A stretch of DNA of 64,000 nt from an uncultured Bacilli bacterium (GCA_947624565.1 CANQKX010000005.1:3125-67124), one strand, 5' to 3'. Counted from the stretch's first letter, positions 31,103 through 39,617 are shown. A program made the numbers and translations. The notes: generated by a model from the sequence alone, not told the origin.

Positions 31103-31444
31103 TTAATGAACTTTTTTATTACTATATTTGTAATATAATAGTGATCCTACTAAACATATAACTATATAAACTATAGAAAATATAATTGTTGAAAAATTAT
31201 ATAGTAATATAGATGAAGGTATGAATAATATCCCTATAACTATTGAATAATACCATTTAAATCCATCTTGTTTTGTCAATATTATTCCCGCTAATAAAGA
31301 ATATATTGAATTTATAAATAATACACATATTTTAGCATAATTATTCGCGGCACTTTCACTCATTAAATATGCAAATATTGGAATAAAATCATATACTATA
31401 AAACTGATTAATATAATCCATAAAAATTTTTCAATCTTTTGCAT
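31103..31444 (-). CDS. small integral membrane protein
   Basis: Four predicted TM segments. TAATG overlap with the upstream AI-2E gene. Confidence 0.45.
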   Translation of the reverse strand: MQKIEKFLWIILISFIVYDFIPIFAYLMSESAANNYAKICVLFINSIYSLLAGIILTKQDGFKWYYSIVIGILFIPSSILLYNFSTIIFSIVYIVICLVGSLLYYKYSNKKVH

Positions 31445-32628
31445 TATTTAATTGTCTCTCCTTTTTCTATTTCTTCATCTATTTGTTTATTTATTTTTAT
31501 AAATTCATATTTATTATTAAAATATGAGAAAATAGTTTTAATAACAGCGATACATGGTACTGCAAGAATCATTCCTAATATACCAAAGAATTGACCAAAT
31601 ATCAAAAGAGCAATAATTATTGTTACAGGATGTAATTTTAATCCTTTACTTTGTACAAGTGGTGTGAATATTACATTATCTAAAAGTTGAACTACAACCA
31701 AACTAATTAGTACTATTATTCCTGTTGGAACACTTTGAGTAAATCCAACTATTACTGCCGGTATTCCACCTATGTATGGACCTACATATGGTATTGCATT
31801 AGTGACACCACAGAATAATGCAAATAAAATTGATGCCTTTAATCCACCTATTGAAAAACCAATAGAGTTTCCTATAAATACAAGTGTCATTGTTAATAAA
31901 ATTCCTTGTATATAATTAACTAAAGTTTTATTAGATACATCCATCAAATTTTTAGCATCTTCTTTTGCTTTATTAGGCAATATACTAATAAATACCCTAC
32001 TAACATTATCAAAATCAAATAATAAATAAAGTCCAATAAATAATCCTATAACAAAAGTTCCAAGACCAGATATAATTGAAGTTACAACACCTATTACTTT
32101 ATCAGGAAATTCTACAGTTATACCTTTTCCAATTTGGATAATTGCTGAATATAACTCCTGTTTTATGCTTTCAACATTGTTATTCAATAAAGGTTCTAAA
32201 AATCCAAATATTTTATTTACTAAATCTCCTAAATTTTTAGTTATTGTTGGTACTATATTTATAAAATCATTAAGTTGATTTGTAAGTACTGGTACACTAT
32301 TTACAAGTATAACAACTAGTAATGCTAGAAAAATAGAATAAACAATTAATGTTGATAAAACTCTGCTCATTTTATGCTTAGTTAAAAATTTTACAATTGG
32401 ATTAAACAACCAAGCTATTACAAGCCCTATAAAAAATGGTGATAATATTTTTAATAATGTTTTTAAAAATGATAGAATACGCCATTCTTTTACAACATAT
32501 GTAATTATCATGATAGCTACTATAATTAAAACAACAAATAATACTTTTAACATTTTATTTAAAAGTACTACTCCTTCATTAATTTTTTGTACATCTAATG
32601 AATCTTTCTTTGGATCTTTTCTAAACAT
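31444..32628 (-). CDS. AI-2E family transporter (PerM/UPF0118)
   Basis: Topology and conserved C-terminal region IPYVGPYIGGIPA...LAVP. Confidence 0.8.
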   Translation of the reverse strand: MFRKDPKKDSLDVQKINEGVVLLNKMLKVLFVVLIIVAIMIITYVVKEWRILSFLKTLLKILSPFFIGLVIAWLFNPIVKFLTKHKMSRVLSTLIVYSIFLALLVVILVNSVPVLTNQLNDFINIVPTITKNLGDLVNKIFGFLEPLLNNNVESIKQELYSAIIQIGKGITVEFPDKVIGVVTSIISGLGTFVIGLFIGLYLLFDFDNVSRVFISILPNKAKEDAKNLMDVSNKTLVNYIQGILLTMTLVFIGNSIGFSIGGLKASILFALFCGVTNAIPYVGPYIGGIPAVIVGFTQSVPTGIIVLISLVVVQLLDNVIFTPLVQSKGLKLHPVTIIIALLIFGQFFGILGMILAVPCIAVIKTIFSYFNNKYEFIKINKQIDEEIEKGETIK

Positions 32629-32714
32629 TATATCACACCCTTATAACTATAGTATATCACGTATGTAAATAAACATAAACAAAAAAATGTAAAGTATTAC
32701 ATTTTTTTTACTAA

Positions 32715-33329
32715 TTATACAATATTATTTTTTACTTTATTAGTAATCTTTATATATATCATCATAAGTAATATAGAAGTTATATATCCTGAGATTATAT
32801 CACTAGCATAATGAACACCTAAATATATTCTGCTGATGCCTATAAGTAATATTAGTATAGATAGTAATATAATAGTTGTTATTTTTGTCTTTTTATTTAT
32901 ATTTGAATTATATATTAGATAAATAATATAACCATAAAGACTCATACATGCCATCGCATGTCCGCTTGGATAACTATATCCCCCTTGTGTTATCAATTTA
33001 AGTACATCAGGCCTTGGTCTTACAAAGATACTTTTTAATGTATTATTTAAAATTGTACTAAAAATTGAGTTAATACTTATTGATATTCCTATCCATTTAT
33101 TTTTTATTACTATAATGCAAATTATGCATATTAATACGATTGATTGCCAGTTTGCTAAATATGTTATAACCCTAAAAAATGATGTTAAATATTCATTTGA
33201 TATCCCTTTTAAAAAATTATAAATAGTATTATCAAAATTAACTATTTTATTTGTTTTTACCATGTATGTTATAAATATAAGTAGTACTAATAAAATAATA
33301 AATATAATATATTTAAACTTATTTTTCAT
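32715..33329 (-). CDS. PAP2-family phosphatase (BcrC-like undecaprenyl-diphosphatase candidate)
   Basis: KSIFVRPRP, PSGH and SRIYLGVHYASD acid-phosphatase motifs. Confidence 0.8.
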   Translation of the reverse strand: MKNKFKYIIFIILLVLLIFITYMVKTNKIVNFDNTIYNFLKGISNEYLTSFFRVITYLANWQSIVLICIICIIVIKNKWIGISISINSIFSTILNNTLKSIFVRPRPDVLKLITQGGYSYPSGHAMACMSLYGYIIYLIYNSNINKKTKITTIILLSILILLIGISRIYLGVHYASDIISGYITSILLMMIYIKITNKVKNNIV

Positions 33330-33391
33330 TATTATCACCTATTTAATTATATCAAAAATATATCAATAATAATACTATAATTATATTAAGG

Positions 33392-34315
33392 TTAATTTGG
33401 TAAATATGATAGAAGTTTCTTATTTTTTCTTAGAGTTCTAATAGATCTTTTTCTAATATTAGAAATTTTATTTGAATCAATTCCTATATAATCAGCAATT
33501 TCAGCATCAGTGAGACCACCACGGTATCCATAAATATCAAAAGATAATTGCATAACTTCTCTATCTATTTCTTCAAGATGTTGGATTGCATCATAATAAT
33601 CATTCATAAATTCATTAGATGACATTTGTTCTATATAATGTACATCTAATAATTTATCTTTCAGTTTATAAAATATTTTTGATGGTTTTTCGATTTCTTC
33701 TTTATCTTCATAATTAAAATATTTATCTTTAGGTTTAAAGACTTTAGAATTATAAAAATTTTGTTTTAATTTTTGAATGAGTATATTTGATTGATATCTA
33801 TCAATATTCATAATTTTTGATATATATTTTGTTATATTATTTTCAATACTTTTAGATACATATAAAGAAAAAATAGGTTTTTCACAGTGTACCATATATC
33901 TAACACTTTTTATAAGTGATTCTAGGCATATAAAATATATATCTTCCATATGTACTTTTTCTTCTAAAATTTCATACCATTCTCTAGTAGAGTCAAAAAC
34001 TATGTTTAAACTTCCTTCAACAACTTTTTTTTGTGCTTCATTGCTTAAACGCTTCCTTGAAGGAAAGGGATTTTCTTCTTCTAATTTTTTTTGATATTCT
34101 AATTTTTCTCTAATTTTGGAATCACCAAAAATTTGAGCAAGTAATTTATCTGCTGCTGATATACCAACATCAAATTTATTTTTATATTCTTCAACTTCTT
34201 TATCATATTTTTCTTTAGTTACACCTTCAGAACGATATATTTCTATTATTTCTTGTTCACTTAAACAAAATGAATTATCTTTCCAATCTTGTTCTATTAT
34301 ATCCAAATCAAACAT
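33392..34315 (-). CDS. divergent sigma-70 family protein with long N-terminal extension
   Basis: Region 2-like EDIYFICLESLIKSV...FSLYVSKSIENNITKYI. Region 4 HTH LTDAEIADYIGIDSNKISNIRKRSIRTLRKN. Confidence 0.5.
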   Translation of the reverse strand: MFDLDIIEQDWKDNSFCLSEQEIIEIYRSEGVTKEKYDKEVEEYKNKFDVGISAADKLLAQIFGDSKIREKLEYQKKLEEENPFPSRKRLSNEAQKKVVEGSLNIVFDSTREWYEILEEKVHMEDIYFICLESLIKSVRYMVHCEKPIFSLYVSKSIENNITKYISKIMNIDRYQSNILIQKLKQNFYNSKVFKPKDKYFNYEDKEEIEKPSKIFYKLKDKLLDVHYIEQMSSNEFMNDYYDAIQHLEEIDREVMQLSFDIYGYRGGLTDAEIADYIGIDSNKISNIRKRSIRTLRKNKKLLSYLPN

Positions 34316-34440
34316 AATACACACCCCTACAGATTATTATATATTTTAAATATTAAAATTAATATAAAATTTTGTTTTATTTTATCATAAATTTAAACAT
34401 TTTAAAACTCAAACCATAAAAGTTCGAGTTTTCTATCATT

Positions 34441-34517
34441 TTGGTGACCTATATGGGATTCGAACCCATGAATGCTGCCGTGAGAGGGCAGTGTGTTAAG
34501 CCGCTTCACCAATAGGC
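34441..34517 (-). tRNA. tRNA-Glu (anticodon CUC)
   Basis: Cloverleaf drawn by hand. Anticodon arm CTGCC-CTCTCAC-GGCAG, GTTCGAATC T-loop, encoded CCA. Close to B. subtilis tRNA-Glu except at position 34. Confidence 0.9.
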
Positions 34518-34518
34518 C

Positions 34519-34593
34519 ATGGCTGCCCAAGTTAGATTCGAACTAACGCATAATAGATTCAGAGTCTACCGCCTTACCACTTGGCTATTGGGC
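34519..34593 (-). tRNA. tRNA-Gln (anticodon CUG)
   Basis: Anticodon arm GTAGA-CTCTGAA-TCTAT. Acceptor TGCCCAA/TTGGGCA. Encoded CCA. Confidence 0.9.
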
Positions 34594-34650
34594 AATTACA
34601 GGAATATTATATCAAAAAAATCTAGAATTTACTAGATTTTTTTATATATA

Positions 34651-34896
34651 TTAACTAATTCCGAGGCCTAATTTTATAAATAATGTTAATATTCCTATAA
34701 GTCCTGTTATTAATGATCCTAATGCAGTTCTCCAAAGCCACTTATTTCTATCTTCTATTCTATTTATTTTTTCTTCATTATTTTTTGCAATATTATAAGC
34801 TTCTTCTGATCTTTTTTTTAAATTTTTATAATCATCAATTTTACTTTCAATAACTGCAAGTCTAGTTAATACTTCTACTTCAAATTTTTCATTCAT
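34651..34896 (-). CDS. small coiled-coil protein with C-terminal TM segment (XhlA-like?)
   Basis: The architecture resembles the phage hemolysin XhlA family. AAGGTGG RBS. The assignment is by architecture only. Confidence 0.35.
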   Translation of the reverse strand: MNEKFEVEVLTRLAVIESKIDDYKNLKKRSEEAYNIAKNNEEKINRIEDRNKWLWRTALGSLITGLIGILTLFIKLGLGIS

Positions 34897-35111
34897 AAAT
34901 TCAACCACCTTTAATATATATTTCTAATATATTAAATGCAATTTTATAAGATGTGAATTTACTATAACATAGAAAAATCAAATATTTTTAATTATTTTTT
35001 ACTCTTATCTAAATATTTATACATTAATTTTTATCATATTAAATACCAGTTATTTCAAGTATAAACATTTTTTTTAAATTACAAACTATTAATGAAAGGA
35101 GGAAAAAATTT

Positions 35112-35867
35112 ATGAAAAAATTACTAATATTTTTTATTACTATAGCTTTAATACCTATTATCAATGTTAATGCTCAAACTGTTGTTAATGTAAGTAATCA
35201 AGAACAATTAAAAGAAGCATTGAATAATGAAGAAGTTACTGATATCAAATTAAATAACGATATTGAAACTACTGAAAAGATTAATATTACAAGAAGTGTA
35301 AATATTGACGGTAATAATCATACTATAAAATATGTTGGTACTTTTGGATCAGATAGAAGTAGTGATAATACTATATGGAGTGGTATTTATATATTTCAAG
35401 TATATAAGACAAGTGCTACTATAAAAAATATAAAATTAACTGGTGGTAATGCTGCTTTATTAGTAAATGGATCAAATGTTAGATTAGAAGGAAAAATCGA
35501 TGTTTCCGGTAATGGATTTGGTGGTATAGAATTATCTCAAGGTAAGAATGTTACAAGTACTGTTAAAGTTACTTTATCAGATGATATAAATATAATAAAT
35601 ACAACTGAAACTTCAAATAAACCTACTATGTGGGTACCAGAAGATTCTGATGATGCTACAATAATAATGAATGGTATAGCTAAAACAATTAAATCAGGGG
35701 AAGAATTAACAATTACTGAAATTGAACAATTATTTGAAGATGTACCTCAAGAAAATCCAAAAACATCTGACAATATTACATTAAACATAATATTATCAAT
35801 TATAGGATTAATTAATTTTATAATTATTTATAAATATTTATCAAAAGAAAATATTAGGGAACTTTAA
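35112..35867 (+). CDS. secreted beta-helix-type surface protein with class B sortase sorting signal
   Basis: Signal peptide. C-terminal NPKTSD (35754-35771), then a 20-aa hydrophobic segment and the basic tail KYLSKENIREL. Confidence 0.7.
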   Translation: MKKLLIFFITIALIPIINVNAQTVVNVSNQEQLKEALNNEEVTDIKLNNDIETTEKINITRSVNIDGNNHTIKYVGTFGSDRSSDNTIWSGIYIFQVYKTSATIKNIKLTGGNAALLVNGSNVRLEGKIDVSGNGFGGIELSQGKNVTSTVKVTLSDDINIINTTETSNKPTMWVPEDSDDATIIMNGIAKTIKSGEELTITEIEQLFEDVPQENPKTSDNITLNIILSIIGLINFIIIYKYLSKENIREL

Positions 35868-35887
35868 TTATCGAGTTTCCTTTTTTA
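35857..35887 (+). terminator. terminator hairpin containing both convergent stop codons
   Basis: GGGAACT...AGTTTCC stem followed by TTTTTT. The TAA of the plus-strand gene and the TAA of srtB both lie in the loop. Confidence 0.55.
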
Positions 35888-36671
35888 TTAATTTAGCATG
35901 TACTACTAATCTATTACCATATGAATCTTTGCATGTTGATAAAGTTAATATCTTATCATTTGTATTTACACTAGTAAAAAATAGATATTGACTGCGTCTA
36001 ACAATTGTATCTAAAAATTCTTGATATGCATCTAAGTTTTTGAAATTTGTAGTTATATAATAACTTTCTTTATATACAACATAAATACTGAATATTTGCC
36101 AAATTGTATTTTCTTTAGTAGTAGATAATTTTATAATATGATTTTTTTTATCTTTATACCATTCATCATTTAATACATATGGTAAACTCCCAAACATACT
36201 TTCATCTCTCATTCTATGTCCATAAATTATACTATTATAATTTAAATTATTAAAATTATTCCTAAAATCTGAAAAAACCCATCCTGCTACACTTTCAGAT
36301 TTATCAAATGAATGAGTTAGATAAAAATTATTATCATTTGATTGTACAACTGCATAATCTATTTTTGTTCCATTTACTTTTATCCAACCTACTGTATCAT
36401 CATTTTGATTTAATAAATTTGAAAAATCAACATCAAGAAAATCTTCATTAATATATTGCCAGTAATCATCATTATCATTTTCTGGAGGATTAACTAAATT
36501 ACTTGAATCTGAATTTGTACTACTTATTTTGGTTACTTGTTTTAGTTTTTCGTTTAACTTATTAGATTTATGATTATTATTAATCCATAATAATATTGAT
36601 TTTATATTTATAAAAAATAATATAAATGAAAAAACTAATAATATAAATAATATAAATTTTTTTGATTTCAT
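35868..36671 (-). CDS. srtB: class B sortase
   Basis: N-terminal TM. DDTVGWIKVNGTKIDYAVVQSNDNNFYL, YGHRM, TLSTC catalytic Cys and a downstream Arg (RLVVHAKL). Confidence 0.85.
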   Translation of the reverse strand: MKSKKFILFILLVFSFILFFINIKSILLWINNNHKSNKLNEKLKQVTKISSTNSDSSNLVNPPENDNDDYWQYINEDFLDVDFSNLLNQNDDTVGWIKVNGTKIDYAVVQSNDNNFYLTHSFDKSESVAGWVFSDFRNNFNNLNYNSIIYGHRMRDESMFGSLPYVLNDEWYKDKKNHIIKLSTTKENTIWQIFSIYVVYKESYYITTNFKNLDAYQEFLDTIVRRSQYLFFTSVNTNDKILTLSTCKDSYGNRLVVHAKLIKKETR

Positions 36672-36729
36672 ATTAAACTCCTATAACTATACTCTTTATT
36701 ATTATGATTAATAAATTATTTTTTATGAT

Positions 36730-36767
36730 TAAAAAAAAGTTTATAATCTTTAAAAAAATTATAAACT
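36730..36767 (-). terminator. intrinsic terminator after collagen-like gene
   Basis: AGTTTATAAT/ATTATAAACT stem followed by T8 on the minus strand. Confidence 0.7.
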
Positions 36768-36776
36768 AAATTGTTT

Positions 36777-37469
36777 TTACTCAGACTCGTCTATTTTTTT
36801 AACTGATAAACTAGCATTCATACCTTTACCAAAATTAATAGTTACATTTTCATGATTAGCAGATATAGCCATGTCTATTTTGTCATCCGCTTTTAAAACT
36901 TCTAATGCGCTCCCTTGAAAAATAGTATCTTTTTGAGTAGAAACATTTTGAGTAATAACCATAGATGGAATATTTTTTTCATTTTTTCTAACAATTAATG
37001 TTACATCACAATCTTTGTTGACAGATATATTAGCAAAAAAATTTATTTCATAAATTCCATCTTGTTCAAGTTTTATATAACTTTCTTCAGTTTCATTAGC
37101 ATTAACATTAGGCATTAAATTTGGTAAATTTATTTGTGTCCAATTACCTATATCAGTAGATGTTATATCCATTGTAGTATTATTATATTTCCCTCCATAT
37201 GCACTTAAAGAAAATGCAGGTGGTCCCGCTGGACCTGGGTCTCCTTTTGGACCTACTGGACCTGGGTCTCCTTTTTCTCCTTTTTCCCCAGTATCTCCTT
37301 TTGGACCTACTGGACCTTGTTCCCCCTTTTCACCTCTTTCACCCGTTAATCCTTGTTCTCCTTTAGGTCCAATTTCTCCTGGTATTCCCTGTTCTCCTTT
37401 TTCTCCGGTATCTCCTTTTTCTCCTTTTGGAATAAGAAAATCTAATTGATATGCAATAATTTCATCCAT
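36777..37469 (-). CDS. collagen-like (GXY)n protein with BclA-type C-terminal domain
   Basis: About 23 charged G-X-Y triplets ([13 protein letters not shown]...). The globular C-terminal domain (AYGGKYNN...GIYEINFF...ASLSVKK) resembles the BclA C1q/TNF-like domain. Confidence 0.8.
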   Translation of the reverse strand: MDEIIAYQLDFLIPKGEKGDTGEKGEQGIPGEIGPKGEQGLTGERGEKGEQGPVGPKGDTGEKGEKGDPGPVGPKGDPGPAGPPAFSLSAYGGKYNNTTMDITSTDIGNWTQINLPNLMPNVNANETEESYIKLEQDGIYEINFFANISVNKDCDVTLIVRKNEKNIPSMVITQNVSTQKDTIFQGSALEVLKADDKIDMAISANHENVTINFGKGMNASLSVKKIDESE

Positions 37470-37798
37470 TAATTATCACTCTCCTCATTTTTATATATTG
37501 GAGTAATTGTTACTTGTGCAGGTGTATTTGAATCAACTGTTCTAACTGATCCAATCATAAAATTAGCAATTGGACCAGTTGCACCTTTAGGTATAACAAA
37601 ATTTAATAAAACATCATTATCTGTTCCACTATTATATACGTTTGCTTCTTCATCAGGTCCTGTTGTTGTAGTACTTGCTACTGAAATTCTTGCACTTGCT
37701 GAACCTGCTGGGCCTGTAGGTCCTGTTGGGCCTGTCGGACCTACAACATAACATGTTTTTCGATGTTTAATTTCCTCATTGTTAAAATTACATTCCAT
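37469..37798 (-). CDS. short collagen-like protein (GPT triplets), translationally coupled to the next gene
   Basis: [13 protein letters not shown] block followed by a beta-rich segment ending [17 protein letters not shown] overlap with the downstream ORF. Confidence 0.6.
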   Translation of the reverse strand: MECNFNNEEIKHRKTCYVVGPTGPTGPTGPAGSASARISVASTTTTGPDEEANVYNSGTDNDVLLNFVIPKGATGPIANFMIGSVRTVDSNTPAQVTITPIYKNEESDN

Positions 37799-37864
37799 TT
37801 ATCTCATCCTTTCCTTTTTATATTATATTTTTATTTATATCAAATATGATTTATTATAAAACAC

Positions 37865-37891
37865 ATAAAAACATGGAAAAATATCCATGTT
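37865..37891 (-). terminator. intrinsic terminator
   Basis: AACATGGA/TCCATGTT stem followed by TTTTAT on the minus strand. Confidence 0.65.
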
Positions 37892-37923
37892 AGTCATTTA
37901 AATACGTAATAACAATAAATTAG

Positions 37924-38577
37924 TTAATCTAATAATTTTACAGATAAAGTTGCTTGATTTACACTTCCGCCTTGTGTAGATGTTGTAGAAACTAAGGCAA
38001 GAGAAAGTGCAGCTCCATCTTCTAAATCAACAATAAAACTTTTTGATAATGTTCCTGTTGAACCTGCCGTCAAAGTAAGAGTACCTGTAGAACCTTGTAC
38101 AGTTTCAGAAACATTTCTAACTTCAACAACAAGATTGCCAGCATCTGTTAATGTAGCAGAAATACTATAACTAATTTCGTAAATTCCACCTTCTATTATA
38201 GTAACAGTATTACCAGATTGATTTACGTCATAATCTTCCATTTCATTTTCTAAATTAACAGTAATAGGTGTATCATCAATTGTTTGAAATGACTGACTTG
38301 AAGTAGAATAAAGTCCTCCATAAGCATTAAGACCTGCTGCTGGACCTGTTGGTCCTGTTGGTCCTTCTACACCTTGTATACCTGCCACTCCTTGTGGACC
38401 TGCTATCCCTGTTGGACCTGCTGGACCTGTTGGACCCGTTGGGCCAGTAATTCCTTGTATACCAGTTGCACCTGTTGGACCTGTTGGGCCTGTTGCTCCT
38501 GCTATAAAGCAACATCTATTACAAGGTTTAATAGTTGGCCAATCTTGTTTACAATCATTAAAATTTTGTGAATTCAT
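37924..38577 (-). CDS. BclA-like collagen-like exosporium/spore-surface glycoprotein candidate
   Basis: Cys-containing N-terminus, [28 protein letters not shown]... triplets, and a C-terminal domain (AYGGLYST...[10 protein letters not shown]...ATLSVKLL) matching the BclA C-terminal pattern. The start is set at MNSQNF after an AAGGAG RBS. Confidence 0.8.
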   Translation of the reverse strand: MNSQNFNDCKQDWPTIKPCNRCCFIAGATGPTGPTGATGIQGITGPTGPTGPAGPTGIAGPQGVAGIQGVEGPTGPTGPAAGLNAYGGLYSTSSQSFQTIDDTPITVNLENEMEDYDVNQSGNTVTIIEGGIYEISYSISATLTDAGNLVVEVRNVSETVQGSTGTLTLTAGSTGTLSKSFIVDLEDGAALSLALVSTTSTQGGSVNQATLSVKLLD

Positions 38578-38663
38578 ACTTTCATCTCCTTTCATAATAT
38601 TTTATGAAAAGATAATCAATACAAATAATTAAGCAAACTATGCCTTATTTTTTAATAATATTT

Positions 38664-38692
38664 AATAAAAAAACTAACAAAAATGTTAGTTT
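38664..38692 (-). terminator. intrinsic terminator after MazG-like gene
   Basis: AAACTAACA/TGTTAGTTT stem followed by a T-run on the minus strand. Confidence 0.7.
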
Positions 38693-38775
38693 ATTACTTC
38701 TCAAGACTTGTGTTTGAATATTCATTCATAATTTTACTTAAATAAAAAGAATTTCAAATTTTATCTTTTATCTTA

Positions 38776-39111
38776 CTATTTTTTATTTGTAATTACTTTT
38801 TCTAATAATAATCTTTTTTTAAATCCACCATTTTTACTCTTTTTTATATCAGCTTCATGTATAATATCTTCTAAAGTAAATCCATAAAAATTAGCCATAG
38901 CTATTAATACCTCTAATTTATCTCCTAATTCTTTTTTTATTTCTTCAGGAGTAAGCGCTTTTTTCACTTCTTCTAATTCTTCAGAGTCTTTTTTTAAAAG
39001 ATATTCCCAATACTCATCATCATTTAATATTCTGGTAATTGGTTCTTCACCATTAGACCTGATAATATCAGCAATATTATCACGGACTAGCTTATCATAA
39101 ATTTCTTCCAT
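38776..39111 (-). CDS. all-alpha NTP pyrophosphohydrolase (MazG/PRA-PH-like house-cleaning family)
   Basis: YDKLVRDNIADII N-terminus, KELGDKLEVLIAMANFYG acidic helix and a C-terminal NGGFKKRLLLEKV. Confidence 0.6.
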   Translation of the reverse strand: MEEIYDKLVRDNIADIIRSNGEEPITRILNDDEYWEYLLKKDSEELEEVKKALTPEEIKKELGDKLEVLIAMANFYGFTLEDIIHEADIKKSKNGGFKKRLLLEKVITNKK

Positions 39112-39210
39112 ATTATACCTCTTTTATATAAAAGAATCCTTTTGGATTCTGTTTAATATTTTGGCACGGTAATAGAACAAGTTCCAAAATTTCTATTGCC
39201 TTTTAAATTT

Positions 39211-39564
39211 TTACCGTCTCATATTTTTAATTCTATCCATTGTTTCTTTTTCAAGATTCTTTTCAAGATTCTTTATCAAAGGAATATATTTCTTTAAGTC
39301 ATCATTATCAAATACATCAACATCTGTTAAATTTTTTAAATATTTTACCATACCTTGAGAAACTTTAAATTTATTAGCATTTGGAATCAGTTTTAACTTA
39401 AATGATGAACTCCTTGCAATTTCTTCACTTCTACTAATAATATTATTATTAAATGCTGATACGATTTCATCATGAAAATAAGGATTCTCATTTTCCATTT
39501 CCCTTATTCTTATCATAAATGTCATTACTTGATAGTATGTTAGATAAAGAAAATCATTTTCCAT
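39211..39564 (-). CDS. hypothetical protein
   Basis: 117-aa ORF. No family recognised. Confidence 0.35.
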   Translation of the reverse strand: MENDFLYLTYYQVMTFMIRIREMENENPYFHDEIVSAFNNNIISRSEEIARSSSFKLKLIPNANKFKVSQGMVKYLKNLTDVDVFDNDDLKKYIPLIKNLEKNLEKETMDRIKNMRR

Positions 39565-39617
39565 AATAAACTCACCTCAATTGAATAAAAACTCCAAAAT
39601 TGGAGTTTATCTACATT

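Noticed and set aside
34651-34896. The XhlA-like small protein as evidence of a prophage or lysis cassette.
   Set aside because: No holin, endolysin, tail, capsid or integrase genes are adjacent, and the similarity is architectural only.
38327-38571. Two ORFs of 62 and 65 aa (38327-38515 minus, 38374-38571 plus) overlapping the collagen-like gene.
   Set aside because: They are alternative-frame or antisense readings of the GGx-CCx triplet tract, giving Arg/Ser/Asn-rich or Cys/Trp-rich nonsense. They have no RBS, and the in-frame GXY protein explains the region.
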